DNA of 64,000 bases from Myxococcota bacterium (GTDB lineage Bacteria; Myxococcota_A; UBA9160; JAFDDA01), in the NCBI GenBank assembly GCA_965228475.1, contig OZ245817.1:352001-416000 (forward strand), written 5' to 3'. How positions within the stretch are numbered: position 1 is the stretch's first letter; every line of letters starts with the position of its first letter. This document shows positions 1 through 9,983 of the stretch, one piece after another. The notes under the pieces are model-generated. The model was not told the DNA's origin. It saw only the letters and a program-made list of their open reading frames with translations, and did not search any database. The position numbers and the translations under genes are program-made.

Positions 1-435
1 TCCCTCCTTCACCTCGCGACGCACCTCTTCGACGTCGTCGAGGAACATCACGTGGACGAAGAGCGTCTTGCGATCGCCCGAGACGTCGAGGCTCACGCTC
101 CCCGGCGTCAAGCTGACGAGGTTGGCCAGGAGCGTGATCTCGCCGTCGGTCTTCGCGTCGAGCGGGATGGCGACGATGCCCGGCTGGGCGAGGTGGCGCG
201 GCGTCAGGACGTCCAGGGTCACGCGGACGCTCGAGAGCAGGAGCTGCCCGAAGAAGAACCCGATGAACTCGATCAGCCGCAGCGTCCTCAGGAAGTAACC
301 GGATGAGCCGAACAGTTCGCTCGCGATGGCCAGGATCACGAAGCCGATCGCGAAGCCCGCCGCGAGGTTCCCGAGCGTGAACTCGCCGAGTACGGCAGCC
401 CAGAGAAAGGCGAGGGCGAGGTTCCAACCGGTCAC
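1..435 (-). CDS. mrpE: Na+/H+ antiporter subunit E (partial, runs off the left edge)
   Basis: Manual translation from GTG at 435: VTGWNLALAFLWAAVLGEFTLGNLAAGFAIG...PGIVAIPLDAKTDGEITLLANLVSLTPGSVSLDV, typical of MnhE/MrpE. GTGA overlap with the mrpD stop. Confidence 0.9.
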   Translation of the reverse strand, partial: MTGWNLALAFLWAAVLGEFTLGNLAAGFAIGFVILAIASELFGSSGYFLRTLRLIEFIGFFFGQLLLSSVRVTLDVLTPRHLAQPGIVAIPLDAKTDGEITLLANLVSLTPGSVSLDVSGDRKTLFVHVMFLDDVEEVRREVKEG

Positions 436-1925
436 GGTCGTGCCTCCAGCACCAGGCCCAGGTAGGCGGTCGGCTCGCGCAGCTGCATCGCGGCCTCCTC
501 CGCGACCGACCAGAGGCCCTCGGCGCCGAAGCCGAGGCTGACGGTCAGGAGGGCGAACGCGCCGCTCGCGCCCAGGGCCGGCCAGGGCAGGTCGCGCTCG
601 CGCGCCTCGTTCCCGTCCGGTGCGGGCTTCCAGAACGCTTCGCTCCAGATCTTCGTCATCGAGAACAGCGTGAGCAGGCCCGCCCCCAGCGCGACGGCCA
701 CGGCCAGCCAGGCTTCGGCTTCGACGCCCGCGCGGAGCAGGAAGAGCTTCGCGAAGAACCCAGAGAGGGGCGGAACGCCCGCCAGCGAGAGGGCGGGCAC
801 GGCGAACAGGATGGCCAGGCCCGTCCGGCGCACGGCGAGCCCGCCGAGGCCCGAGAGCGCTTCGCCGCCGCCCGCGCGGGCGATGAGGCCGCCCACCAGA
901 AAGAGGTTCGTCTTGGTCACGATGTGGTGGATCACGTAGAAGATGGCGCTCGCCAGGGCCAGGGGCGTCGCGAGTGCCAGGCCGAGGACCATGTATCCGA
1001 TCTGGCTGACGATGTGGAAGGAGAGGATGCGCCGGACGTGGCCCTGGGACGCCGCGGCCAGGACGCCGCTCGCCATCGTCGCCGCCGCCACGGCGACGAG
1101 CATCGGCGCGAGCCCGTGGGCGTCGATCGGAAAGAGCAGCGTGAAGACGCGGATCAGGGCGTACACCCCGACCTTCGTGAGCAGCCCGGCGAAGAGGGCC
1201 GAGACGGCGAAACCCGCGGTCGGGTAGGCCGCCGGGAGCCAGAAGAAGACCGGGAAGAGGCCCGCCTTGATGCCGAAGGCGACCATCAACAGGACCGCGA
1301 CGGGCTGCGCGGCTTCGGCGGCGCCCGGCGCCCGGAGCTTGTTCGCGAGGTCGGCGAAGTTCAGCGTGCCGAGCTGTCCGTAGAGGATCCCGACGGCGGC
1401 GAGGAAGAACGCCGAGGCCAGCAGGTTCAGCGTCACGTAGGTGATGCCGCTCTTGAGGGCGCCGTGCCCGCCCCGCAGGACGAGCAGGACGAAGGACGCG
1501 AGCAGCATGACCTCGAACCAGACGTACAGGTTGAAGAGGTCGCCGGTGAGGAACGCGCCGCAGACGCCGAGCAGCAGGACGTGGAAGAACGGGAAGAACC
1601 CGGTTTCGAGCGAGGTCTCGTCGACCTCGTGGGTCGCGTAGACGGCGACGGCGAGGCCGACGACCGCGGTGACGAGGATCATCAGCGCCGCGAGCAGATC
1701 CGCCACCAGCGTGATCCCGTAAGGCGCAGCCCAGCTTCCGACCTGGACGGCGACGATGCCCGCGCTCCGGACTTCGAGGAACAGGGCGATGGCGGCGAGC
1801 AAAAGGAGCCCCGCGCCGGCGACGCCGATCGTTCGCTGCAGCGCCGCGCGCCCCCAGCCGAAGGCCCCGAGCGTGGCCGTGGCGAGCGGGATCAGGAGCG
1901 GAGCGAGGAGGAGAAGATCGCTCAT
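432..1925 (-). CDS. mrpD: Na+/H+ antiporter subunit D
   Basis: C-terminal part of ORF 432..2252 from [11 protein letters not shown]; motifs GDLFNLYVWFEVML, IKAGLFPVFFWLP, LAGVPPLSGFFAK. Confidence 0.92.
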   Translation of the reverse strand: MSDLLLLAPLLIPLATATLGAFGWGRAALQRTIGVAGAGLLLLAAIALFLEVRSAGIVAVQVGSWAAPYGITLVADLLAALMILVTAVVGLAVAVYATHEVDETSLETGFFPFFHVLLLGVCGAFLTGDLFNLYVWFEVMLLASFVLLVLRGGHGALKSGITYVTLNLLASAFFLAAVGILYGQLGTLNFADLANKLRAPGAAEAAQPVAVLLMVAFGIKAGLFPVFFWLPAAYPTAGFAVSALFAGLLTKVGVYALIRVFTLLFPIDAHGLAPMLVAVAAATMASGVLAAASQGHVRRILSFHIVSQIGYMVLGLALATPLALASAIFYVIHHIVTKTNLFLVGGLIARAGGGEALSGLGGLAVRRTGLAILFAVPALSLAGVPPLSGFFAKLFLLRAGVEAEAWLAVAVALGAGLLTLFSMTKIWSEAFWKPAPDGNEARERDLPWPALGASGAFALLTVSLGFGAEGLWSVAEEAAMQLREPTAYLGLVLEARP

Positions 1926-2269
1926 CCCCGCTCGCCCCCGTAGGCATCGAGGTCGTCGGTCTCGCCCGCCTCTCCGGCACACAGGCCGAGGACGAGGGCG
2001 AAGGCGAGGACGGCGAAGGCGATCACGATCGCGGTCAGCACGAGGGCCTGGGGGAGCGGGTCGGCGCTTCCTGCGAGCGGACCCGTCGCGCCCTCGGGTG
2101 CGAGCGGAGGCGCGCCGAGTACCAGGCCGGCGCCCGCGAAGATCAACAGGTGGACGCCGTGGCTCAGCAAGGCCAGGCCGAGCAGGAGCTGCCAGAGGCT
2201 CCCGCGCAGCAGGAGCAGCAGCGAAACGGCGTAGATCACGCCGACCGTGCACGCGACGAGGAACGTCAC
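1922..2269 (-). CDS. mrpC: Na+/H+ antiporter subunit C
   Basis: [13 protein letters not shown]...[15 protein letters not shown] signature; 4-bp overlaps with both neighbours. Confidence 0.92.
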   Translation of the reverse strand: MTFLVACTVGVIYAVSLLLLLRGSLWQLLLGLALLSHGVHLLIFAGAGLVLGAPPLAPEGATGPLAGSADPLPQALVLTAIVIAFAVLAFALVLGLCAGEAGETDDLDAYGGERG

Positions 2270-2676
2270 TGCGTTTCCTCCATCAGCGCGAGGAGCATCG
2301 CGAGGACGACGCCCATCACGGTCAGGTAGACCCCGAGGTCGAAGAGCAGGGGCGTACCGAGGGGCAGCACGGCATCGGCGGACTTCATCCACAGCCCGGT
2401 GAGGAACGGCTCGCTGCGCGTGAGGGCGAGGCAGCCGGCGGTGAGGCTCGTCGCGAGGCCGAAGGGGACGAGCCGGGTCGGCCGCACGCGGAGCACCTGA
2501 CGCGCGATCGCGGGCCCCTGGGCCAGGGCGATCAGCACGAAGGCCGTGGCCGCGACGAGGCCGCCCACGAAGCCGCCGCCCGGCTCGTGATGACCGCGCC
2601 AGAGCAGGAAGAGCGAGAAGAGGAGGAGCAGCGGGACGAGCAGGCGTGTCGCCGTTCGCAGGATCAACGTGCTCAC
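2266..2676 (-). CDS. mrpB: Na+/H+ antiporter subunit B
   Basis: C-terminal part of ORF 2266..5004: [13 protein letters not shown]...[14 protein letters not shown]...[13 protein letters not shown]. Confidence 0.92.
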   Translation of the reverse strand: MSTLILRTATRLLVPLLLLFSLFLLWRGHHEPGGGFVGGLVAATAFVLIALAQGPAIARQVLRVRPTRLVPFGLATSLTAGCLALTRSEPFLTGLWMKSADAVLPLGTPLLFDLGVYLTVMGVVLAMLLALMEETQ

Positions 2677-5009
2677 GAGGCGGCTCCCGGGTCGGCGGCG
2701 AGCCTTCGCCTCGTGAGGGCGAGCCTTCGCCTCGCGAGCAGGCCGAGCACGCCGAGCGCGGCGACCGCGAGCACCGTGATCTCGCCCAGCGTATCGAGGG
2801 CGCGGAAGTCGACGAGGATCACGTTCACGACGTTCCGGCCGTGAGCCGCCGGGACGCTCCACTCGTTGAAGAAGCCCGAGATCGGTTCCGCTGCCTGCAG
2901 GTGGAAGGTGAGGAGCGTCAGGGTGGTCATGGTGACGCCGGCCACCAGCGCGAGGGCCACCGCGCCCGGCCGGTGCTGCGTCCAGCGTGCGGGTGCCGAA
3001 GCCGGGAGTTTCCGCAGGACGAAGACGAACAGTACGACCGTCAGCACCTCGACCACGAGCTGGGTGAGCGCGAGGTCCGGCGCGCTGTAGACGAGGAAGA
3101 GCAGCGCGACGCCGAAGCCGACCGCGCCGAGCGCGGCGACCGCCACGAGCGGCGTCGAGGCGGTGAGCATCAGGAGCGCGCCTCCGATCACGAGGAAGCC
3201 CGACGCCACGCCGATGCTCGAGAGCGGCGGACCGTCGAACCACGACGCCACGTTCGGCGACGACGTCGCGAGCACCCAGACCGTGGCGAGGAATCCGGTC
3301 GTGAGCGTGATGGCCAGATAGCGGCGAAGGGAACCGTTCTGGAGCTCGCGCGCCTGCCAGGCCGCCATGCGGAGCAGGGCGGCGAAGCCGGCGTCCCAGG
3401 CCCGGTTGGGGCCGACGCGCCCTGCGGGCGCTGCCGAAGGCGCGCGTTCGAGAACGCGCCTCCGTCCGCGATAGAGCCCGACCCCGAAGAGCACGGTGAG
3501 CGCACTCAGGGCGAGGATCGGCGTGAAGCCGTGCCAGAGCGCGAGACCCGTGGGCGCCTGCTCCTGGAGGATCGCTGTGGCCACCGGCGCGATGATCCAG
3601 CGTTCCGCGGGGCCGACGAGGAGCCCCGCCAGGACGCCCGCCACGGCCAGGAGCGTCGGGCCGGTGCGCAACGCCGGCCCCGGATCGTGGGGCACCGACG
3701 GCAGCTCTCCCCGTTCGCCGCGGAACGGCTCGAACCCGACCCGCAGCGCCGCGAACACCAGACACACCGCGGTCGCGATCGTCGCGATGCCGAAGAACGC
3801 GGCCCAATGCGGCGCCTCGAGCGCGGCCTCGTAGGCCGTCTCCTTGGCGAGGAAGCCGAAGAGCGGCGGCGCTCCCGCCATGGAGATCCCGGCCGCGAGC
3901 GCGGCACCCGCCGTCCAGGGCATCGCCTTCCGCAGCCCGCCGAGCTTCGCGAGCGAACGGGTGCCCGTCGCATGATCGACGTTTCCGGCGACGAGGAAGA
4001 GCGTGCCCTTGTAGAGCGCGTGTGCGAGCAGCGTCACCGCGAAGGCGCGCGCCGCGATCGGGGTGCCGAGCCCGAGGAGCATCGTCAGAAGGCCGAGCAC
4101 GCTGACGGTCGAGTAGGCGAGGAGCCGCTTCAGGTCGTCCTGGCCGAGAGCCATCACCGCGCCGGTCAGCATCGTGAGGGCCCCGATGCCGCCGAGCAGC
4201 CCGTACCAGAGCTCCGTTCCGCCGAGCGCGGGGGAGAAGCGCGCCAGCAGGAAGATGCCGGCCTTCACCATCGTCGAGGAGTGGAGGTAGGCGCTCACCG
4301 GCGTCGGTGCCTGCATGGCTCCGGGGAGCCAGAAGTGGAAGGGAACCTGCGCCGACTTCGTGAACGCCCCCGCGGCCACCAGGCCGAGGATCCAGGCGTA
4401 GTGCGGGTGGGCGCGGACGACGTCGCCCGCCCGGGTGATCTCGGAGATCGACGTCGTTCCCGCGGCGGAGGCCAGCAGGATCAGGCCCGTGAGGAGGGCG
4501 AGGCCGCCCGCCGCCGTCACGAGCAGCGACTGGCGCGCTGCGAGCCGCGCTTCCTCCCGGTCCTGCTGGAAGCCGATCAGCAGGAAGGAGGAGATGGTCG
4601 TCAGCTCCCAGAAGACGAACAGAAGGAAGAGGTCGTCCGCCGTGGCGAGGCCGAGCATGGCGGCCATGAACACGAAGAGCGTCGCGTAGAACCGGCCGAG
4701 CCGGGGGTGTCCGCGCAGGTAGCCCGAAGCGTAGACGACGATCAGCGCCCCGATCCCCGAGACGAGGAGGACCAGAAGGTTGGCGAGCCCGTCCGTTCGG
4801 AAGGCCCAGTCGATGCCGAGGCTCGGGATCCACGGAGCGCGGAAGACCGCGTAGTCGCCGACGGCGACGGAGAACTGAGCGGCGATCGCGTGCAGGAAGA
4901 CGCCGGTCGGAACGAGCGCGAGCAAGAGGCCGGCGCGATCGGCGAGGAGCTTCGGGGCTGTCGGGGCCAGGACCGCCGTCGCGAGGACGATGGGAAGGAT
5001 CCACTCCAT
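2673..5009 (-). CDS. mrpA: Na+/H+ antiporter subunit A
   Basis: 778 aa; [61 protein letters not shown]. Confidence 0.95.
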   Translation of the reverse strand: MEWILPIVLATAVLAPTAPKLLADRAGLLLALVPTGVFLHAIAAQFSVAVGDYAVFRAPWIPSLGIDWAFRTDGLANLLVLLVSGIGALIVVYASGYLRGHPRLGRFYATLFVFMAAMLGLATADDLFLLFVFWELTTISSFLLIGFQQDREEARLAARQSLLVTAAGGLALLTGLILLASAAGTTSISEITRAGDVVRAHPHYAWILGLVAAGAFTKSAQVPFHFWLPGAMQAPTPVSAYLHSSTMVKAGIFLLARFSPALGGTELWYGLLGGIGALTMLTGAVMALGQDDLKRLLAYSTVSVLGLLTMLLGLGTPIAARAFAVTLLAHALYKGTLFLVAGNVDHATGTRSLAKLGGLRKAMPWTAGAALAAGISMAGAPPLFGFLAKETAYEAALEAPHWAAFFGIATIATAVCLVFAALRVGFEPFRGERGELPSVPHDPGPALRTGPTLLAVAGVLAGLLVGPAERWIIAPVATAILQEQAPTGLALWHGFTPILALSALTVLFGVGLYRGRRRVLERAPSAAPAGRVGPNRAWDAGFAALLRMAAWQARELQNGSLRRYLAITLTTGFLATVWVLATSSPNVASWFDGPPLSSIGVASGFLVIGGALLMLTASTPLVAVAALGAVGFGVALLFLVYSAPDLALTQLVVEVLTVVLFVFVLRKLPASAPARWTQHRPGAVALALVAGVTMTTLTLLTFHLQAAEPISGFFNEWSVPAAHGRNVVNVILVDFRALDTLGEITVLAVAALGVLGLLARRRLALTRRRLAADPGAAS
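2697..2738. repeat. 21-bp tandem duplication in the mrpA 3' end
   Basis: GGCGAGCCTTCGCCTCGTGAG followed by GGCGAGCCTTCGCCTCGCGAG (1 mismatch); encodes [14 protein letters not shown]. Confidence 0.7.
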
Positions 5010-5012
5010 CGA

Positions 5013-5315
5013 CTACACGTACTTCTCACCGCGCACGACCGCGACGTCCTGCACGAAGACGACGATGGCGTAGTTCTCGAAGAAGCGTTCTGCGACCGCC
5101 GTCGTGATTGCGTCCGCCGTCTCCGCGGAGACCAGCGCCTCCAAGCGAACGTTCGCGCCCTCGACGTCGCCGACGCGCCGGCCGCGCGAGCCCTCGCCGC
5201 GGACTTCGCTCCGCGTGAAGCCGCTCGCGCCTCGAGTGCGGAGCTCTTTCACGAGCAGATCCTCGAGGACGGCCTCGGCGATGATCGTCACGAGCTTGAC
5301 CTGGGTCATCAGCAT
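5013..5315 (-). CDS. sbtB: PII-like signalling protein, SbtB type
   Basis: 100 aa, [12 protein letters not shown]...[17 protein letters not shown]...NVRLEALVS...[11 protein letters not shown]; directly downstream of an SbtA-family gene. Confidence 0.82.
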   Translation of the reverse strand: MLMTQVKLVTIIAEAVLEDLLVKELRTRGASGFTRSEVRGEGSRGRRVGDVEGANVRLEALVSAETADAITTAVAERFFENYAIVVFVQDVAVVRGEKYV

Positions 5316-5325
5316 GAAGGTCTCC

Positions 5326-6282
5326 TCAGGCCTGCCACCAGCGGGCGAAGGCGTGGAAGAGCGGAATGCCCACCGTCAGGTTGAAGGGGAACGTAACCGC
5401 CAGGACGGGCGGGAGGTACAGGCTCGGGTTGGCCTCGGGCAGCGCGAGACGGACGGCGGCCGGTGCCGCGATGTACGAGGCGCTCGCCGCGAGGAGACCG
5501 AGGGTGAAGGCGCCGCCCTCCGAGAGCCCGGTCGCGCTGCCGAGGATGATGCCGGCGAAGCCGTGCAGGATCGGCATGAGGACCGAGAACGCGAGCAGGA
5601 AGGCGCCCGAACTTCGCAGGTCTTCCAGTCGGCCCGCGGCCACCCGGCCCATCTCGAGCAGGAAGAGACAGAGCGCGCCCTGGAAGGGTTCGACGAAGAA
5701 CGGCGCGACTTTCGCGAGGCCGGCCGGGCCCGAGAGCAGTCCGATCACGAGGCCGCCGGCGAGCAACACGACACTCCGGCCGGTCAGGGTCTCGTGCATT
5801 CCGTCGCGCAGGCTGCGCTCCTCGCTCTGTCCGGCCTGGGCCAGGAGCAGCGCGACGACGATCCCCGGGATCTCGAGCAGCGCGGCGAAGGCCGGCATGA
5901 ATCCCTCGTAGGGCACGGAGATCGCGTCGAGGTACGCCGTTCCGGCGATGAAGGTGACGATCGAGATGGAACCGTAGTGCGCGGCCACCGCCGCCGAATC
6001 GGCGACGCCGAGGCCGCCCATGCGGCGCAGCAGGAAGTAACACCAGAGCGGGGTCGCCGAACCCAAGGCCAGGGCGGCCAGGGCTGGGACCGCCACCTCA
6101 CCGAGGGAAGCCTGGGAGAGGGCCGCGCCGCCCTTGAGGCCGATCGCGAAGATCAGATAGATCGAGAGGCCCGAGTAGATGGCGTCGGGGAGCCGGAGGT
6201 CGCTTCCGACGCGGGCCGCCAAGGCCCCCAGAACGAACGCCAGCACCATCGGTGTCAGGAGGTTGTTCTGGACGAGTTCCAC
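5326..6282 (-). CDS. sbtA: Sodium-dependent bicarbonate transporter, SbtA family
   Basis: 318-aa membrane protein; SIYLIFAIGLKGG, AAHYGSISIVTF, FLLEMG, ASASYIAAPAAVRLALPEANP, VTFPFNL. Confidence 0.88.
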   Translation of the reverse strand: MELVQNNLLTPMVLAFVLGALAARVGSDLRLPDAIYSGLSIYLIFAIGLKGGAALSQASLGEVAVPALAALALGSATPLWCYFLLRRMGGLGVADSAAVAAHYGSISIVTFIAGTAYLDAISVPYEGFMPAFAALLEIPGIVVALLLAQAGQSEERSLRDGMHETLTGRSVVLLAGGLVIGLLSGPAGLAKVAPFFVEPFQGALCLFLLEMGRVAAGRLEDLRSSGAFLLAFSVLMPILHGFAGIILGSATGLSEGGAFTLGLLAASASYIAAPAAVRLALPEANPSLYLPPVLAVTFPFNLTVGIPLFHAFARWWQA

Positions 6283-6408
6283 GGGCCGAGGCTCCCTTCG
6301 CTTTCGTCCAGCCGATCGCCCAGAACGGTTCCGGGCGGACGGCTACGGACGCGAGGGGGAGAATGGTCTTCGGCGGTGTATCCAACAAATAGAAAAGTTA
6401 GAGGCCAC

Positions 6409-6900
6409 TCATTGGTCAGATCGATGGGTGGCCGAGCGGAATGCGACGAGCACGTCGCCCCACCACAGGCCCATCGAGCCGAGGAACGCCTCTTCGTCCT
6501 GGCCGTGGCGGACGGGATGTCCGGCCCCGAGCGCCTCGAAGCCCGTGTTCTCGATGGTCACCAGGGTGCCGCTCGGCGTCGCCTCGAAGCGCACCTCGAC
6601 GTGGGTGAATTCTTCGGCCTCGAAGTCCCGGCCGCGCATCCCGAAGGCGAGGCGCCGCCCGGGCTCCCAGGCGCGCACGCGGCCGAGCTCGAAGTGGGTG
6701 CCGTCCGGATAGCGCTCGAGCAGGCGTCCGCCGTCCGCCGCCGGTTCGAAGCCGAGGACGCCCCGCTCGCCGTCGATCGCCGGGCGGAAGCGCGCGCCGT
6801 GACGCCACCAGGCATCGATCTCCTCGGTGAAGACGGCGAACGCCTCGTCCGGTGGGACGCGGACGAGCGTCCGGGCGCGCGCCATCAGCGGCCCGGTCAT
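6409..6900 (-). CDS. SRPBCC/AHSA1-like domain protein
   Basis: AFAVFTEEIDAWW...GRVRAWEPGRRLAF...THVEVRFEATPSGTLVTIE; downstream of ArsR. Confidence 0.75.
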   Translation of the reverse strand: MTGPLMARARTLVRVPPDEAFAVFTEEIDAWWRHGARFRPAIDGERGVLGFEPAADGGRLLERYPDGTHFELGRVRAWEPGRRLAFGMRGRDFEAEEFTHVEVRFEATPSGTLVTIENTGFEALGAGHPVRHGQDEEAFLGSMGLWWGDVLVAFRSATHRSDQ

Positions 6901-7235
6901 CGGCGCCGTTTGCCTTCGGTGTGGCGGCGGAAGGCGTCGAGCTGCAGCTCCCAGAACTCCTGGACCTCGACCACCCAGCCTTCGAGGTCCCGCAGGGGCT
7001 CGGGCCGGAGCCGGTAGACGCGGGCGCGGGCATCGAGCTCGTCCGCGTGTTCCTCGACGAGCCCGCAGGTCCGAAGCGTGCGCAGGTGACGGCTCATGGC
7101 GGGCCGGCTCATGCCGAAGGCGTCGGCGATCTCGCTCGCGCGGCGCGGCCCGCGGCCCAGCAGGCCGACGACCCGCCGGCGGGTCGGGTCCGAGAGGGCG
7201 GCGAAGGTCTCGTCGAGGCGCTCGGCGGCTCCCAC
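6897..7235 (-). CDS. ArsR/SmtB family transcriptional regulator
   Basis: LDETFAALSDPTRRRVVGLL...MSRPAMSRHLRTLRTCGLV; GTG start inferred. Confidence 0.85.
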   Translation of the reverse strand: MGAAERLDETFAALSDPTRRRVVGLLGRGPRRASEIADAFGMSRPAMSRHLRTLRTCGLVEEHADELDARARVYRLRPEPLRDLEGWVVEVQEFWELQLDAFRRHTEGKRRR

Positions 7236-7237
7236 GG

Positions 7238-7678
7238 CTATCCGCCCGCCCCGCCCGAGTCGATGATCTCCTGCATGGTTTCGGGAGAGACTTCGCGCTT
7301 CGGCTGCCAGAAGATCCAGCGCTGGCCTTCCGGGTCGATCGCCCGGTAGGAGCGGGCTCCGTGGAACTGGTCGGCCGGCTCCTCGGCGATGATCGCGCCT
7401 TCGTCGCGGGCCCGGGCGTGGTGGGCGTCGACGTCGTCGACCCGAACGTTCAGCGCGGCGTGCAACCCGGGCAGATCCTTCGCTGCCGACATCCCTCCGG
7501 CCTTCCACGTCGTCGCGAGCTGGAGCTGCCCCTCGCCGAGCTGGAGCTCGGCGTGGCCGACCGAGCCGTCGGGCATGCGCAGGCGGTACGCCTCGCGGAA
7601 GCCGAACGCGCGGCACAGGAACTCGATGGCGGCCGGGGCGTCGTCGTAGGCCAGCATCGGAACGATGGCGCCGCTCAC
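7238..7678 (-). CDS. VOC/glyoxalase family protein
   Basis: PMLAYDDAPAAIEFLCRAFGF...VDDVDAHHARA...DPEGQRW. Confidence 0.85.
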   Translation of the reverse strand: MSGAIVPMLAYDDAPAAIEFLCRAFGFREAYRLRMPDGSVGHAELQLGEGQLQLATTWKAGGMSAAKDLPGLHAALNVRVDDVDAHHARARDEGAIIAEEPADQFHGARSYRAIDPEGQRWIFWQPKREVSPETMQEIIDSGGAGG

Positions 7679-8127
7679 GAGGAGGCCTTCACTTCGGCCT
7701 TGGCCCGCTCCCAGGCCGCGTCGTCGACGCGCTGGCCGAAGAACCAGGGGTGGCCTTCGCAGTCCCGGCAGCCGTAGGTGCGGTCGCCGTAGTGCTGGGT
7801 CTCGAGCTCGCGGGTGATCTCCGCGCCCGCCGCCTTGGCCCGTTCGTAGTGGGCATCGACGTCGGGGACGAACACGTAGAGCGATTGGGTGTAGGCGCCG
7901 TCGAGCGCGCGCGGGCTGGCGGAGCCGCCGGGCCCCTCCGCCGTCGCGACCTGGATGAGGGCTTCGCCCGCGACGAGCTCCGAGTGCATCACCTCGCCCT
8001 TCGGGCCATCGACCACGATGCGCGGCTCGAACCCGAAGGCGCGGCCCAGCCATTCGATGGCCGCGCGCGGGTCGTCGTAGAAGAGGGCGCTCGCGGTCGG
8101 GGTCCAGTCCTTGGGAACGTGGCTCAT
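7675..8127 (-). CDS. VOC/glyoxalase family protein
   Basis: YDDPRAAIEWLGRAFGF...VPDVDAHYERAKAAGA...YGDRTYGCRDCEGHPW. Confidence 0.85.
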   Translation of the reverse strand: MSHVPKDWTPTASALFYDDPRAAIEWLGRAFGFEPRIVVDGPKGEVMHSELVAGEALIQVATAEGPGGSASPRALDGAYTQSLYVFVPDVDAHYERAKAAGAEITRELETQHYGDRTYGCRDCEGHPWFFGQRVDDAAWERAKAEVKASS

Positions 8128-8166
8128 GGTCGGCCTCCGGGTTGGGGTCGCCCGAGTATCCGACGA

Positions 8167-8194
8167 AAATGGTTAACCGTCAAGTTAACCATTT
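8167..8194. promoter_or_regulatory. Inverted-repeat operator, probably for the ArsR regulator
   Basis: AAATGGTTAAC-N6-GTTAACCATTT, perfect 11-bp arms, about 40 bp upstream of the VOC-VOC-ArsR-SRPBCC operon. Confidence 0.75.
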
Positions 8195-8207
8195 GCGGAG
8201 GCGCGCA

Positions 8208-8738
8208 TCAGCGGAGGGAGCCTTCTGCGAGCCGTTTCAGCGTCAGGAGCTGCTTGCGCATCATCACCCAATCGCCCCAGGCGAGCGCCGCGGTCGCGAG
8301 CCTCAGCAGCACGCCGCGGGGTTTCGGGACGCGCAGGCGCACCGCCAGCCGGCTGCCCGCCTCCCCGTGCGGTGTCACCCGGTAGGTGACGAGGAGACGT
8401 CCGAACAGGCGCGCTCCCCGGCCGCGCGTCGCGAGTGTCAGGTGGACGCCCGGCTCGAAGGCGACCAGCTCGAAGATCGACATCACGCTCTGTCCGACGG
8501 CGAGTTCTTCGAGGCCCGGGGTGAGCGAGCGCGGACTGCGGCGCCCGAGGTTGTCGATCCAGTCGTAGCTGTAGGGGGCGGCGCGCAATTGGCAGAGCCA
8601 GCGGAAGACCGTCGCCGGAGGCGCGTCGACGTCGACGGCGCGCACCCAGGTTTCCGCGTCCGCCGCGGCGTGCACCTCGCAGGCCCAGGGCGGCTCCTCG
8701 TCCTCGGGCCGGTCGCCCCAGCGGTACGGCAGCGCCAC
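8208..8738 (-). CDS. Hypothetical protein (SRPBCC-like)
   Basis: RAVDVDAPPATVFRWLCQLRAAPYSYDWIDN...WVMMRKQLLTLKRLAE. Confidence 0.65.
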   Translation of the reverse strand: MALPYRWGDRPEDEEPPWACEVHAAADAETWVRAVDVDAPPATVFRWLCQLRAAPYSYDWIDNLGRRSPRSLTPGLEELAVGQSVMSIFELVAFEPGVHLTLATRGRGARLFGRLLVTYRVTPHGEAGSRLAVRLRVPKPRGVLLRLATAALAWGDWVMMRKQLLTLKRLAEGSLR

Positions 8739-9923
8739 CTAGTACGTCGCTACCAGACTCGCGGCGACGATGACGAGGGCGCCGATGCTGGCGGCGGTGA
8801 AGGCGGCCGGGCCCGTGCGGCGCAGCGCCTCCCAGCGGGTCTCGAGCCCGACGGCGGTCATGCTGAGGATGAGCGCGAGCCGCGAGAGGGAGACCGCGAG
8901 CTCCTGGGTATCGAAGGCGCCCAGCCGCTCACCGAGAACGGAATCCGGCGGAAACCCGAACTGCACGCTCGGGAGCAGGCCGAACGAGGCGAGCCCCGTG
9001 AAGACGACGAGGCCCACGGCGAAGTTGGGGATCAAGGCCCAGGGCCGCCCGCCCGAACGCTCGCGATTCGCAGCGAAGCGCTTCCGGTAGGCGAGACCCG
9101 CCAGGAACACGATCGGAGCCAGCAGAGCGATGCGGACGAGCTTCACGACGGTGGCCGCTTCGCCCGCCTCCGGCCCGTGATTGAAGGCGGCCGCGATCAC
9201 CTGTGGCGTCTGCTGGATCGCGAGACCACACCAGGTGCCGAAGGCGACGGGGTCCATCCCGAGGAGCCGGCCCAGGGGTGGCAGGGCGAGCATGGTGACC
9301 AGGCCGAGCAGCGCCACGGTCGACGTCGAAAGCGCGACCTGTTCCTCGTCCGCCTCGATCGTCGGCGCGAGGGCGACGATCGCGGAGCCACCGCAGATGC
9401 CGTTGCCGGCCGCGAGCAGGGCGGCGAGGCGCGGGTCGAGATCTCGCCAGCGGAAGAGCGCGTAGAGGACCGCGCCCGACAGCAGGATCACGCCGAGGGA
9501 AAGCGCGAGCCCGCGGAGGCCGACGCCGGCGAGCACGCTCCAATCCATCCGGGCGCCGAGCAGCATGATGCCGGCCGGCAGGACGACCCGCATGACCCAG
9601 CGCGCGCCGGACCGCCAGAGCGCCGGGTCGAGCCCGGTGTTGCCGAGGGCGATGCCGAGCAGCATGGCGATCATCGTGGCATCGAGCATCAGCGGCCCGG
9701 AGCTGCCGCCGAGTACGCGCTCCGCTGCGAGCGCGGCCGCCGCGAGCAGCGCGCAGAAGACGAGCCCGGTCCGTCGGGGCGATTCCGTCGAGTCGGGAGC
9801 GGCGGCGGCGAGCTCCGCGCCGGCCTCCATGTAGATCAGGTGCTCGCCCCAGCGCAGGTCGCGCTCGAGCGAAGGCCGCGGAGGCTTGGACCGGGCGACG
9901 GGCTGCGTCGGGTCGAGCGTCAC
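8739..9923 (-). CDS. YeiH/putative sulfate exporter family membrane protein
   Basis: GNGICGGSAIVA, ATVVKLVRIALLAP, MTAVGLET; start codon uncertain. Confidence 0.8.
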   Translation of the reverse strand: MTLDPTQPVARSKPPRPSLERDLRWGEHLIYMEAGAELAAAAPDSTESPRRTGLVFCALLAAAALAAERVLGGSSGPLMLDATMIAMLLGIALGNTGLDPALWRSGARWVMRVVLPAGIMLLGARMDWSVLAGVGLRGLALSLGVILLSGAVLYALFRWRDLDPRLAALLAAGNGICGGSAIVALAPTIEADEEQVALSTSTVALLGLVTMLALPPLGRLLGMDPVAFGTWCGLAIQQTPQVIAAAFNHGPEAGEAATVVKLVRIALLAPIVFLAGLAYRKRFAANRERSGGRPWALIPNFAVGLVVFTGLASFGLLPSVQFGFPPDSVLGERLGAFDTQELAVSLSRLALILSMTAVGLETRWEALRRTGPAAFTAASIGALVIVAASLVATY

Positions 9924-9983
9924 GATCGCGAAGTTAGCAGCCGCATGGCGACGGTGGCCCGGGCGATGTCGGCTCCGGGCGCG

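Noticed and set aside
6370..6408. AT-rich patch upstream of sbtA as a LysR (CbbR/CcmR-like) site
   Set aside because: Only a weak T-N11-A match and no LysR gene in the window; not supportable.
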